Assembly (NCBI RefSeq): GCF_009914755.1
Contig: NC_060934.1
Reading direction: 5' to 3' (one strand)
DNA length: 64,000 nucleotides
Source: the human T2T-CHM13v2.0 reference genome, Homo sapiens
Each line of letters starts with the position of its first letter. Position 1 is the first letter of the stretch. Positions 40,975 to 57,239 of the stretch are shown in pieces. The notes beneath the pieces were generated by a model. That model made no database searches and was not told the DNA's origin. It saw only the letters and a program-made list of their open reading frames with translations. Both the position numbers and the translations under genes were made by a program.

Positions 40975-41928
40975 TTTTTTAAAATAGACTTTATTTTAGG
41001 AAGAAGTTTCAGGTTCAAAGCAAATTTGGACAGAAAATAGAGTAACTTCCCAGATACTCCCTGCCTTGACACTTGGACAGCCTTTCACACGATCAGCATC
41101 TCACACCAAAGTGGTACATTTGTTACAATTGATTAATCTACATTAACACATTATTATCACCCAAAGTCCATGGTTGACATCAGGGTTCACTCTTAGTGGT
41201 GTATATTCTATGGGTTTTCATAGATATGAAATTACATGTTTCCACTATTAGAGCATCATACAGAATAGTTTCACTGCCCTGAAAATCTTTTTTGCTTCAC
41301 CTATTCTATCCCTCCCTCCTAACTATTCCCTGGTAACCACTGATCTTTTTATTGTCTCCATAGTTTTTCCTTTTCCATAATGTAATATAAATGGAATCAT
41401 ACAGCATGTATCCTTTTCAAATTAGCTTTTTTTCAGTTGGTAATATGCATTTAAGTTTCCTCCATGTCATGTTATCACTTGATAGCATGTTTCCTTTTAG
41501 TGCTGAATAACATTCATTGTCTGGATGTACCACAATATATTTATCCATTCACCTACTTCAATTTTGACAATTGTTTATAAATCTGCCGTAAACATCTGTG
41601 TGCAGGTTTTTGTGTGGATGTAAGTTTTCAATTCATTGGGTGAATACCAGGGAGTGTGGTTGCTGGATGGTATGGAAAGAGTATCTCTTGTAAGAAACTG
41701 CCAGATTATTTTCCATAATGGCTGTACCATTTTGCATTCCCACCAGCAGTTATTGAGCATTCCTTACTTATTTTCCACCTGTATATCTTCTTTGATAAAG
41801 TGTCTGTTCAGGTCTTTTATCCATTTTTAAAATTGGGTTGTTCATTTGGTTATTATTGAGTTTTAAGTGTTTTGTATATTTTCGATAACAGTCTTTTATC
41901 TATTGTTTGGAAATATTTTCTCCCAGTC
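40975..41928 (-). mobile_element. L1MC-type 3' end nested in older L1
   Basis: AATAGACTTTATTTT...GGTACATTTGTTACAATTGAT...CCCAAAGTCCAT 3'UTR. ORF 41575..41760(-) CWWECKMVQPLWK matches the ORF2 C-terminus. Confidence 0.85.
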
Positions 41929-44900
41929 TTTTAAACATTAAAGCAACTTGCAGTCCTGAAACTTACCCAACTTTATTGTGTTATGTGAATACACATTGCC
42001 ACATATATGAACACAAAATTGAACTGTTAATATTTTGTTTATGGATTTTGAATCTGTGTTTATGACAAAGATTGTCCTAGAATTTTTCTTTCTGGTAATG
42101 CTCTTATTAAATGTCAGTATAAAATTTTACTACCCTCATAAAAGAAGTTGAGGAATTTTCTTGTTTTTTCTATTCTTTGGAAGAGTTCATTTAATATTGG
42201 TGTTATTTCTTTCTTATGTATTTGGAAAAATTCATGGCTAAACTGTCTAGGCCTGGAGTTTTCTTTGTGGTAAGGCATTTAATTACAGATTTAATTTCTT
42301 TAAGATATATGACTATTCTATTCTTTATTATACCTGTTTTGTTGTATTTTTAAAAGATTTTTAAAAATTGATTTAAATGTCAAATTTATTTGCATAAAAT
42401 TGTTCCTAGTATCCTTTTATCTATTTTTCAGGTACTATATTGATACTCCCCATTTCTTTTCTGATATTGTAATTTGGTACCTTTTCTATTTTACTCTTGA
42501 GCAGTCTCATTCCTACCCCCATCCCAGAAATTATAATTTTATAAGTCTTAAAAAAGTTTTGGCTTTGTTGGCTGTTTTAATGTACATTTATTAATTTCAT
42601 TTATTTTCTGTTTTTACTGTTTCCTTCATTCCAGTTTGTTGGTTTTATTTTCTGTTCCTTAATTTCTTAGGATGAATAATTAGATCACTGATGTTAGGCT
42701 TTCTTCTTTTCTAATATATGCATTTATTGATATATATGTCTCTAAGCGTGGCTTTAGCTGTATCCTACATTTTTTTATGACATACTTTCATAGTCATTCA
42801 ATTCAAGATCTTTTCTAATTTCTATGCTGATTTTTTTGACTGTTGAGATATTTAGAAGTATGTAGCTTAATTTCCCAGCACTTAAGTGTTTCTTAGTTAT
42901 CTTTTGTTAATAATTTACAGGTAATTTCATTCCGGTCAGAGAATATACTTGGCACAATTTCTGCCTTTTCAAATTTCCTGATACTTGCTTTATAGCCTGG
43001 AATATGTTTAATTTGGGTGAATGTTCTCTGTTGTGCAATGTCTTTAGTCCTCACGTGCAGTATTCTTCATTTGCGTGTGTGTATATACATGTGCGTATGA
43101 TCAAGTTTGAAGATTGTTAATTATATTTTTCAAATCTTTTATTTAATTCCTTTTTGTTATCTGCTTCTTTTACTTACTGAGAGAAGTATGCTAAAACCTC
43201 CCACTATGATTGTGAAATTCTCCTTTTTGTCCCCTATAGTTCTGTTGATTTTTGTTTCATGTGTTTTTGAACTTATACATTTAGAATTTCTACATCTTCC
43301 TGAACAACCACCTCTTTTGTCATTATGAAATATTTTCCCTTTATTTTTAGTTATGGTCCTTGTCTTAAAGTTTAGTTTATTTGGTATTTGTAAACATACA
43401 CTTTCTCTTATGGCTAGTATTTGCTTTGTGTAGTTTCTTTTCACTTCTCTACTCTCAAATTCTCTGAAGGCTTTTATTTAAAATATGTTTCTTGTAAGCA
43501 GTATATTACTTTGAAATCCATTATGAAAACCTTCCTTTTAATGGTGATATATAGACTATTTAACAATTAATATAGTGACATCTTAACTAACATTTAATAT
43601 AGCTTCCTTGTGACACAGCCGCCCTTTTTCTAATAGTCTCAATTATGTCTCATTTGTTAAATATACCAATTAAATTATTAGTTTAAGCTATCGTATGTTT
43701 CGGCCTTGAATTTTTATTTGACTCTGTTGTATAGTTGTCATTTCTTTTCTAAATTCCTTCATTTGCTGTTTTGCATCTTTAGAATATATGTGATTGATAT
43801 GTTCCAGTCCGTGGCTAATAACTCCAATATCCATTTCTTTTGTAGCTTGTTATCTCTTATTGATTGATGGTTTGGATCTTTGGGCATTTGGTTTTGTCTC
43901 TTCGTATGCCACATGATATTTCATACTTGACACTGAGTACAAAAATTATAGGAAAAAACTTGAGGCTCTGAATAATGTTATATTCCTTCAGAGAAGACAT
44001 ATTTTGTTTCTGGGAGGAAGGTCTGGTGGGGGAAGATTGCCTTAGTCCAGTTAGGGATTTATTCCATGGGAAACTGGGCTGCAGACTTGGTGAGGACAGA
44101 TCTATTTCCAGTTGCCCTTCCACCTGTGATGTAGTTTTTCAGGGTCCTCGCTGAAAGTCTGGGATGTCTACCTGGACCCCTTCTCCTTGGCATATCTTCA
44201 GTCTAATTTTGTCCACCAAGACTTATAAGACTGTGAAGTTTGGTTCAGCTACTCAGCCTCTTCATTGCAGGTTGAGAATTGAAAATTGCTTCATGAGAGA
44301 CAGTAGCACTGAATGTGGGACTCAGGTCTCCACACGCTCACTCTCCCCAAGATCTTATCCTCTCAGGTCGTCACTGCCTTAGTAACTCACTGAGGCCCTG
44401 ACGTAAGATTTTCTACACATATTTAGCTCAGCATTTTTAGTTTTTCTCAGTGGGAGCATTGGTCTTCAGCCAGCTAGTCTATCTACTTCACTCTCACTCT
44501 CATCAAATTATTTTATTCACACTTTACAGATCTTGAATTTGAGGCTAAATCATCCACATTACAAAGACAGAAACCCAGCCCCGCCATGCTCTCCTCAGTC
44601 TGTCTAATCATAAGACATAAAAAGCTAAGCCTCTTTCTACTCAGGCCCCTATTTCATGTCTCATTCTAGGGTCAGTTGTCAAAGAAATCTTGATAAGAAA
44701 GTATTAATTCTTAAGGGGAAGCTCTTCCTCATGGATAACTGCATTTTATTAATAGAGCTGTTTTGAAGGCCTACAGCCTTTGATGGAAATAACTATTTTG
44801 GAAGAATAGAAGTGAAAGGTTTGCTGTTGTTTGCTTGGGTCTCAGTAATACCCCTGGGGCATCTACCCCTACACATACAGCCAACTTTGCCTTTGAATCT

Positions 44901-45178
44901 CCCCTCTCCATCTGAAGTCTTTGTTCTTTCCAATGCATTTATAGCAATTTACTTCCTCATGAAAAAAGAACTTGCATTCCTGAATCTCTGCAATGAACTG
45001 AAGAAGCTAACTGTACAACTCAATCCTGCCCACAAGTGGGCAAACCAACAAAACCCTTTGAGAAAGTTATATCCTATTTTATCTAATAATGGTCAAGATG
45101 CAAAAGACGTGAATGTCCTCTTTTATAGCAAGGACAAAAAACTCCACGAAGATGAGTGTATTTAAAAAACAAAATTGA

Positions 45179-45489
45179 GGCCAGGCGTAGTGGCACATGC
45201 CTGTAATCCCAGCACTTTGGGAGGCTGACGCAGGCAGATCGCTTGAGTCCAGGAGTTTGAAGCCAGACTGAGTAACATGGCAAAACCCTGCCTCTACAAA
45301 AAATGTAAAAATTAGCCGAGTGTGATGGTGCACACCTCAGTCCCAGCTACTTGTGAGGCTGAGGTGGGAGGATCGCTTCAGCCCAGGAGATCGAGGCTGC
45401 AGTGAGCCATGATTGTGCCTCTACACTCCAGCCTAGGCAACAGAGTGAGACTCTGTCTCAAAAATAGTAATAAAATAAAATAAAATAAA
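45179..45489 (+). mobile_element. AluJ SINE
   Basis: GATCGCTTGAGTCCAGGAG, GTGGGAGGATCGCTT and GAGGCTGCAGTGAGCCATGAT. (TAAAA)n tail. Confidence 0.95.
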
Positions 45490-46361
45490 GCTGCTTATTA
45501 GTTGTTTGACCTAGACATAAATTCATTTAACTTACCTTAGCCTTGATTTCTTCTCTGACAAAATGGGCATAGCAATCATACCCTTTCATAAGGTTGTTGG
45601 CTGGGTTGTATGAAGTCATTCATGTGATTATTGATTAATTGAGTGATTTTTCAGATTTCACAAGAGTTTGAAATAAAATAATTAAAAATTAATAAATTTT
45701 GTTATAAAGGGAATGGCACTGTTTCAAACTTAGCTGCTGCTATTGCTGCTGTTTGGTAATAAATTCTAGTCCCCTTTTGACTTCGATCAAAATCTGATGC
45801 CCTAACTCAGCTAGAATGAGTTTTCCCATTGCCCATGTGTCTATTTTTGTTAAACGGTGGACCCTAATCAACCGAGGAGGTGTTTGTTATAGAAAACCAA
45901 TGACTAGGAATCACCTTCTCAGATACAGAATATGAGGCCCCAAGGGGTGAGGGGAGGTGTCCATGGTTACTAGACCTGGGGGTCTCCTGACTTCTAGGCT
46001 GCGAGGGAAAATATCACAGAGTATGCTCTGATTCCTAGAGGGCCAGAGGGGCTCCTTTGTGATCCCAAGTTCTGGTTCACCTTCTATATGGAGTTGTGTT
46101 CTGGTCTTAAGGGACTTACCCTTCCATTCCATCACTTTCTGCCATCAAAACTTTCCTTTCTGTTTTCTAAGACAATATCAATGGCTGTGGATATTGAACA
46201 ATTGTCTGATAAAAGTGATTTTTGACATTAAGGATCTAAGTGCTCATATTTGAGAGTCTGATCTAGTGACCCTCATGAATAACAATCACACCTTACTTAG
46301 TACTGGGATTTTCCCTTTACAGTTGATGTTTACTTACATGATTGACCTGCGTAACAGTTTA

Positions 46362-46890
<529 letters not shown>

Positions 46891-47435
46891 GTCTTTCCCA
46901 AGTTATTTCTCCAACCTGTACAGAGAGATTGTGCCTTGACTAAAAAGCGCCAGCAAGTTTATGATGGGTGGTTGAGTCAGGAGTAGAGTTTTAATCTTCT
47001 AAACCTTAACCCATCTCTCTTTCTATTGACCATACACTTTTCTCCCCATTAGCATCTCAGCTTTTAGAAATGGACATTTTGTGAACCTCCCCATTGCATT
47101 GCATCTCAGTTGTTGTATTTGAGATGCTGGAACGTGGAGATGCAATGCAGTGAACTCAACAATCCAAAATAGCCAATCCAAAATTTTGGTGTCTAAAGAG
47201 TTACCATTTCCACTATAACAGATCGCCATCAAATTTACTTAATGTCAATATCACATTATGTACACTTTAATTTCCAACTCAGAAAAAAAGGTCTAGATCT
47301 GTTTGTGGCTTTATTACCAATGTCACCATTATTTTTGAGCCATTAGTATAAGGAGTTCAGATGTTTGAGTTCCTAGAGTATTAAATAAGAGAGAATTTAG
47401 ACAACCTTAATTTTTTTTCTTTTTTTTTCTTTTTT

Positions 47436-47630
47436 AACCATTGTCATGAGACAGACTCAAGTTCAAATCCCAACTCAGTCATTTATTGATTGTGTGGACT
47501 TGGCCAAGTTGCTTAACCTCTGCGTCTCAATTTCTTAACTTTTAAAATGGAGATAAAATCTACCTTGAAGGATTATAAGGAAGAAAGGTTATTTGTAGGC
47601 AGTACTTGGCATGCAAAAGCTATAACTTAC
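47436..47630 (-). other. Candidate L1 3'-transduced segment (contains a + strand MIR fragment), ending in a second poly(A) at 47411-47435
   Basis: Lies between the L1's own A-rich tail (47631-47680) and a T-run at 47411-47435, inside TSD GACAACCTTAATTT (47400-47413 and 50163-50176). AATAAA on the - strand at 47482-47487. Confidence 0.82.
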
Positions 47631-50221
<2,591 letters not shown>

Positions 50222-50468
50222 CTACAAGACTAAATCAGTTTCTGGAGTTTAGAAGTCTTTAGTGCTTTCTTCTACTTTATTGAATTAGTTCTTCATTGAG
50301 AGAGAGAGAGCATATCTAGGAGGAGCCAGCCTGTCTTGGATTGTAGTGATATTTTGAATGGTTCCTTTACTTGTTTTTGAAAGCTCATAAACCCCTGTTA
50401 AGTAGACTAGGTGTCCAGACCTTCATCCTTGATGCTGGCTCAGGCCCATCTGTGGAGATTGACATGGC

Positions 50469-50541
50469 TTTAACTTCATGATGAAGTTAATTTCATCTTT
50501 TAACTTCATGATGAAGTTAATTTCATCATTTAACTTCATGA
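50469..50541. repeat. 30-bp tandem repeat (2.4 copies) built on palindrome TTAACTTCAT-G-ATGAAGTTAA
   Basis: Directly visible, period 30. Confidence 0.95.
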
Positions 50542-51089
50542 GCTATAGACCCATCATAGATCCATCGATCCAGTTTTCCTTCCAGGCCCCACATTAACTG
50601 TGCCAAGACCAGAAAACACAGAGACTTGGCCTAGACTTTTTTCTTGGATACTCCTTTCTTGTGAGATTGCCACTGGAGCTCAGCATCTTGGCCTCTCCCT
50701 ATGAGATACAGTGGGGGTGAATGAGGAGGGTAAACCGGCTGAGGATGCAAAAAAGAGAATGACTCACTAGCTGTGCATCTTAGCAAGGCATGGAACTTCT
50801 AGCACGTGGCTGCTGGCAAAAGCTCAAATAACTGTATATCTGAACAAAGAAACCATATTCAGGACTGCTAAATCCCAGCAACTTAAGGCTCTGCCAGGCA
50901 AAGCAAGAGAAAGAAAGGGGAAGGATTTGAGAAGGGGTTAATTGAGGGTGAGGTAAAGAAGTTTTACTCTGTTATCATGTTGACCAATTTGTATCCATTT
51001 GCCTTTCTCCTTTGAGTCATTGTCATTTCAGTTGCTGAGAAGTGGACTGAAACCTTGCTGTTAGATGAGGAAATAACCCTGCCAATTAT

Positions 51090-51122
<33 letters not shown>

Positions 51123-51124
51123 CA
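51090..51124. repeat. Interrupted (CA)n microsatellite
   Basis: Directly visible. Confidence 0.95.
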
Positions 51125-53469
51125 TTCCCCACACTGGCATGCCACTGCCTTTTTCAAGATAGGAGGAATCCCTTAACTAGTTATTTCATCATGCATGAAA
51201 AACCCCAAAGTAAAAATGTTGGAGAATTAACAAAAAAAAAAAAGTTACAGCCGCCAAGCCAATGTTGCATTATTTTCTCAAAAACTCATGATGTCATGGA
51301 CTTAGCTCACCTTTAGTGCAGCCATGCGAATAATGTGTACTGAGCTTTCTATCATGTACCATTATAATTAGCTCTGTCAGGTCTTAGCCCTGCAACCCTC
51401 ATGCAGATAATATGATAATATGTCTTCATAACCAAGTGACCTTACATGCACAATATTTCTCCCCTTATGAAGATTGCATGTCAATAAAGTAATTGAGTCT
51501 CAGAGGCTGCAGCGAGGGAAGATTTAGGTGATTGGACGTGGAGAGCAGTGATGTATGATGATTATTATTCCTCTTGTCAGGGAGGCGCGTACAAGCGAGG
51601 ATGGCCAGAAGATGACAGGGATGACGGGTTGCGTTTCATTAAAAAAAAAATTGCTGTTAATCACCACTCTATTCTTTTCAAAGTCACTGAGGAAAGAAAC
51701 TCTTTTTTCATTGTAGCTACAATGAACATCCCCAAATGGGAGCACATCGTAAGATTTTTAGCCTCAGTCCCCTTTCACAGTGTCTTTCTTCTGTTGCAAA
51801 GAGGCTAAATTAAGATTTTAATTAATAGATCAGCCGTGGGGGCCTGGGCAGGGGCCACCCAGCTTCCCTGCTGTAGGGCTCCTTGGGTTTCCAAATGCAG
51901 AAAAGGCGCCTGCCGAGATGGAATTGCACTTCCTCTCCTCTCTGCGTTGAGAGAAGTGTGCTGGTGAGCTCTATAAAAAGAAAGCAAATGTGAGAGAACC
52001 AGATCCGAGACAACTATTTTTACTTGAATTAATTTGTTTGGACAGTTTTAACACTTGGAACATTTATATTTCCATACTTTATAAAAGCAAACATGCTGTT
52101 TCTCTAGCTGTAAATTTATCTTATGATATCATAACAGCTGGAAACTTGTAGCCTGGTAGGATTTTGTTTCATATTTAAACAGCTTGAGAAATATGTCGGA
52201 AACAAGGTATATTTTCCCCCATCTCTGTGTGTTTTCTCCTCTCGTATTAGGCTACCTTAGGAGTGTTGGCAGTATCATTCAGAAGATACTGAGGCTCCAG
52301 GATTTTTATTAGCCTGGCATTGTTAATTGCTGCTCCCTTGCAAACCTCTTCCTATAAATGCTGAGAACACACTGGAGCCCCTTCCAGAGGAGTTCAAGAA
52401 TCTTTTCAAGGGGAAAGAAAGCTAACAGTAAAAGCATCTTTTGTTGGCAGAGGGGCTTCTGAAGTCTTTAAATCTTTGTTCATAAGTAATTGACTAAGAT
52501 CTAACAGCCTTGAAGGAAAGGAGCTGATGGTATCACTTTTTAGTCATAGTATTAACCTTGTGATTTATGGTACAAAATTAGCCACTGCATCCTCTCATTA
52601 CGGGTGCTGAGTGATTTCTCCAGGCAGGCAGGAGGGAATTGAGAGCTGGATTTTTGTCTCCTGGAGCTCTACTGTTTCCTCCTAGGGAACCACAGTGAGT
52701 GTTTTTAGGGATAGGAATATTGTTTTCCTTCCATTTTCTCTGCTCTGTAAAAGAAAATATCAAATGTAAGTAAATAAATAACCTAAGGGAGCTAGAATGT
52801 TCAGAGGAAATGTTAACCCAAGGGTGGTCCAAGGGTGGCAGTATAGAATATAGAGTTTCAGATAGGGTCAGTGAGTGATTTCAACCTCCTAATTGTCCCA
52901 CAACCCCCTCCTCTGCCTCCACAAATTCAAGGCCAAAGCTTTCTGAGTATTTTTTCCATTGAATAGTATCTGGAGTAGAGATTATATCCATTTCTCCATC
53001 TGGATAGTTTTTTCCTAATGAATTAAAAACCACCTAATAGACTTCAGGGACACTAGGAAGACTCTGATGATTTCAAGAATTCATAATCCTTATTCTATGC
53101 TGACATTGAAATTTTACAAGTGGAGCTTTATCTCTACAGTTCAAGGCTTTGGTTTCTGGTGAAAAATATGTCTCTCCCTGGGAGGAAGAAGCAGATTAAC
53201 CTATTATCAGTTATTTACATCTGGGTGGAAAAAAAAGATCTAAATATTTTCTGAATGCTTTAAGTAGAGAACAAGCAAGATAATAACCAGGTGCTTGGGG
53301 AGTGAATTTACGTGTTTGAGGCGGGCTGATGCAGAGAGGAGCATGGATGCGAACGGGCCCATAACTAGGAGCTTTTTGCTGTTGAAAAGCAACTTTGCTG
53401 ACTGCACAGTTTGTGTGAGCCCTCCTACAGCTCAGTTCTCTCCTCACATCAGCCTGCTTCCCTGGGTGA

Positions 53470-53700
53470 CGACAGTGTTAAAAGCACAGACTTCAGAGTT
53501 AGACTGCATAAGTTCAAATCACTTCTCTACTACTTGCAAATTCTGGGGCTTGAGAAAGTCACTAGTCTCCTGTATGTAGCTCAGTTTTCTCATTTTTAAA
53601 AGTGACAATAATGGTGCCTTGCTCTAGGGCAGTTATAAATGTAACATCCTCATAATAACCAATAATAAGAGTATAATCAGTGCTGCCTGTTGTTATTATC
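53470..53700 (+). mobile_element. MIR SINE
   Basis: GTGTTAAAAGCACAGACTTCAGAGTTAGACTGC...GTTCAAATC...CTCAGTTTTCTCATTTTTAAAAG. Confidence 0.8.
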
Positions 53701-53787
53701 CCAGTGGATGATAACTTAGACCTATGCTGGATTCGTTGTCATTGGTGATGGTGGTGGTGCTGTGGATGATAAAGAGATGATAGATCC

Positions 53788-54129
53788 TGATATGGTTTGG
53801 TTGTGTCCCCACCTAATTCTCAACTTGAATTCCCACATGTTGTGGGAGGAACCTGGTGGGAGGTAATTGAATAATGGGGGTGGTCTCCCGTGCTGTTCAC
53901 ATGATAGCGAATAAGTTTCACAAGATTTTATGGCTTTAAAAAACGGGAATTTCCCTGTACAAGCTCCCTTCTCTTGTCTGCTGCCATGTGAGACATGCCT
54001 TTCACCTTCTGCCATGATTGTGAGGCCTCCCCAGCCACGTGAAACTGTAAGTCCAATAAACCTCTTTATTTTGTAAATTGTCCAGTCTCAGGTATGTCTT
54101 TATCAGCAGTGTGAAAATGGACTAATACA
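53788..54129 (+). mobile_element. THE1 (THE1A/B-like) solo LTR
   Basis: TGATATGGTTTGG...GTCCAATAAACCTC...GGACTAATACA. Perfect 5-bp TSD GATCC at 53783-87 and 54130-34. Confidence 0.96.
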
Positions 54130-55988
54130 GATCCTAAATATAGCAAGTGTACTGGTGCTTAATTTCCCTTTGTAAAACTTGAGTCCTGGCTGATTATCTC
54201 CAAACTTTCCCTTGACTTCTTTCCCTGTATTTTAGTTCCAGTGTGTATAAAAGTGAAAGCTGAACTTTCTGAAATGTCGTGGGTGTGGGCCTGGGGGTGC
54301 TGCTGGTGTGGTGCTCCTTTACTGGCTCTGTCTTGCCATAGATCTCCACAGAGCCCTGAGCTGTAGGGCTGTTGATGACAAAAAGAGAACATAAAATGCT
54401 AGAGGAAAGATCATTCTAACACGGTGCAAATCCCCAAACCTTCCCTACAATTTCTCTGTCTCCCATGCCTCACCCAAAGCAACATTTGGCCTAGAAGGGA
54501 ACTTTGAGATGATCTGGCCCCATGCCTTTCACACTGAGCTATGCGGAATTCTAGCATTCCAATGAGACTTGTCAGAGGTGCAGGGGGAACAAGTGGTGAC
54601 CCATCAGGGTGGAGCTAACAGGGCTCCCAAAGCTGGCTTCCAAATCCATTTTTATCCATTCAATACACTGGGGTCTAAAGGAAAATATCATTTAATGAAA
54701 AAATTTTATTGTCTAATGTAACAACAGAAGGTTCAAGCATCAGTGATCTAGTCCATCTTGTTCATTTTACAGATGAGGCGCAGAATAGGCTTATCACTGG
54801 CTCATGTCACTGCCAGTTAGTCATGGACCCTAGCCTTGAAATTGCTCTTTGGAAACCCCACTGTTTCCAGTATTGTGTCTGCATAGTGGCTTCCACGGGC
54901 CGAGGGCTCACCTCATTGCCCCCTCCCCACATGCCCTAGCTGGTCTCTTGAATGACTATAGCACTAGCATGTGGTGGCCATGTGTGCCACCAGTGCCACC
55001 ACCCTAATGGCAGCTGTGATTATCAGCACAGAGGCCCAGGAAGAAGGACAGAATGGACTGCTGGGGGATGAATTGGGAGGGGAGGGAATGGGCAGAAGTG
55101 GAGCCACATTGAACTCAGAAGTATAAGTGAAGAACCCACTATAATGTTGCATGGGGCCTTGTTCAGCAAAGGAAGATTGCTGTCTCCCAGTCCAGTGCAG
55201 CTGAATTAAGTGATCTGGCCAGGGTGGCAGTGGGGCCTGTGTTCCTTCTCACAGGTATCTGTGTTAATGGGCACCCCTGCCTGGAGCCGCCAGTGTAGCT
55301 GCTTGGATTTCTTATTCTTTTATTTCCATCCTGTCTCCTTGTTTTCTGTCACTGTGTCATGTCAAATCATTGTCAGGTGGCAGACACCACACCCCCCAAG
55401 TACAAAGGTATCAGGTTTCAGGACACAGGCTGAAATGAATATAATAATGGGAGCCAGAACGAGGCACAGACCACTTAGCAGGCAAGGAAACAGCTAATAA
55501 GTGTTGTTAGTGGTTTCCATGGGGAGGACCTGGCGTGCATTTCTTGGACAGGCAGGTGGAGCACGGCCTGTCCTGGGGTCCAGCTACAGACAGGCTTGTG
55601 CGATTAGTATTGATGCCTGTCACTTTGTGGCTGCCAAGCTGTTGATTCTGTGAAAGACCAAAGACTCTGGTTATCTGGTAATCAACACTGCTCTCAGGAA
55701 CGCACTGGGGAAACAGAAATAGGCTTTCCTGAGTATTGACTGAAGCCATGGATCATGTTGCTGGTTTGTGTTTTCCTCTAGCCCCAGCCCTGAGATTGCT
55801 CCAGCCTGTTCTTCACCTGCAGTGCCAGGTAACCATTCTTATTTGTCATGGGATCAAATTCTAACCCTCTTAGAGTGAGCCCATCCAAATGCTCTGACTC
55901 AGCTGAACACTGATGTAACCAGGGTGACTTGGGCGACAGCATAGGAAATAAGAATGCATTTGCATGTCAAGGTGGAAATTCAGTCTCT

Positions 55989-56026
55989 CACCTTTGACAA
56001 ATTCCCACACCTTTGACAAATTCCCA
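55989..56026. repeat. Perfect 19-bp tandem duplication CACCTTTGACAAATTCCCA x2
   Basis: Directly visible. Confidence 0.95.
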
Positions 56027-56364
56027 AATCCAAATGCATGGTTGACGCTTAGGCTTCTTCTTATCCCACTCCACCTCACCTTTGCTTTTTTAAAGGCTCT
56101 TTAAAAATATAAACATTAAAATCCAAAAGGGTTAGTAACAGAAGAATAAAAAATATAATTCGTTTTCTCTCCTAATTCATTTTCTTGGTAACTGTTGCCT
56201 TCTCATATCCTCTTCTTTCTTTCTTTCTTTTTTGTATTCAAGAACTTTAATATCTTATTTTTCCAAAACATCAATGTCCTGATTATAGTGAACCTTGAAC
56301 AGACATCTCCTCCTGCCCATGGAAAATGAGTTCTGACTTTTCTTGGGTTTTGTTAAGTTTTAAT

Positions 56365-56487
56365 CTCTTTTTTTCTCTCTCTCTTTCTTATTCACTCTCT
56401 CTCTCTCTCTTTAATTTTCTTCCTTTCTCTCCCCTCCTATCTCTTCACTCCCTCTTTCTCTCCCCTTTTTCTCCCACTCCCCTTCCC
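56365..56487. repeat. CT-rich low-complexity tract
   Basis: Almost purely pyrimidine + strand. Confidence 0.8.
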
Positions 56488-56599
56488 AAAGCTAAAAAAT
56501 GCTGAAACATGATTGCTTCTTTCTTTCTTATGTAAGGAGCAATGGGAACTGAGGTTACACAGAATGTGTCACAAACTGGATATCACCACTTAGCTAACC

Positions 56600-56860
56600 C
56601 ATAAATCCACCCACTTACCTACCCACCCATCAGTTCATCCATCCATGAGTACCTTAGGCCATCCACTCATCCATCTGTCCATCCATCCATTCATTCATCC
56701 ATCCATCCAATAAGTGCCACTGAGCATTTACCATTGGCCAGGCTCTGGCAAGATGCTCAGGATACAACAATAAATGAGCTTTCCATCTTCAAAGAGCTCA
56801 CCATCTAGAAAAATAAAACCAGTGCTGGATGGTAAGTGATCTGTGATAAATGGTATGGAT
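56600..56860 (-). mobile_element. L2 3' end with expanded (CCAT)n tail
   Basis: Imperfect (CCAT)n at 56600-56709, then ACTGAGCATTTACC...GCCAGGCTCTG...TCAAAGAGCTCACCATCTAG. Confidence 0.7.
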
Positions 56861-57239
56861 ATATGTATGTGTGTGTGAATGTGTATACCTACCTGTACAC
56901 GCACACACTGCCACCCAACCATTAAGTGTCTGCTTGGCTTTTGAGTTGTATTCATTTGTAGATTAATCAAACAACTCTTCATTAATGCCAGTAGCCAGGC
57001 ACTGTGTTAGGAGTTGGGTTTACAGAGGTAATTAAGATACAGACCCTTCTTATTCTTAAGTTTCTCATGAAACACAGCCTGGATTATCCTTCCCTCCCAC
57101 CCCGCCACGTTTCTGCCCCATAAGCTAGACCATTCTCTGGTAATCTACTTAGTTTTTTAGATAAACTAAGAATAATCTATATGACATAGTCCTTCCCAGT
57201 ACTTAAGGAAGGGAAAGTATCATTGAATATATCACTTGC

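Larger units (their letters stand above)
39435..44490 (-). mobile_element. Large degraded L1ME/L1M element (3'UTR through ORF2 endonuclease and upstream region) with a nested younger L1
   Basis: Continuous T-rich antisense L1M sequence. ORF 43157..43444(-) contains NFTIIVGGFSILLSV, the endonuclease motif TIIVGDFNTPLS. Confidence 0.8.
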
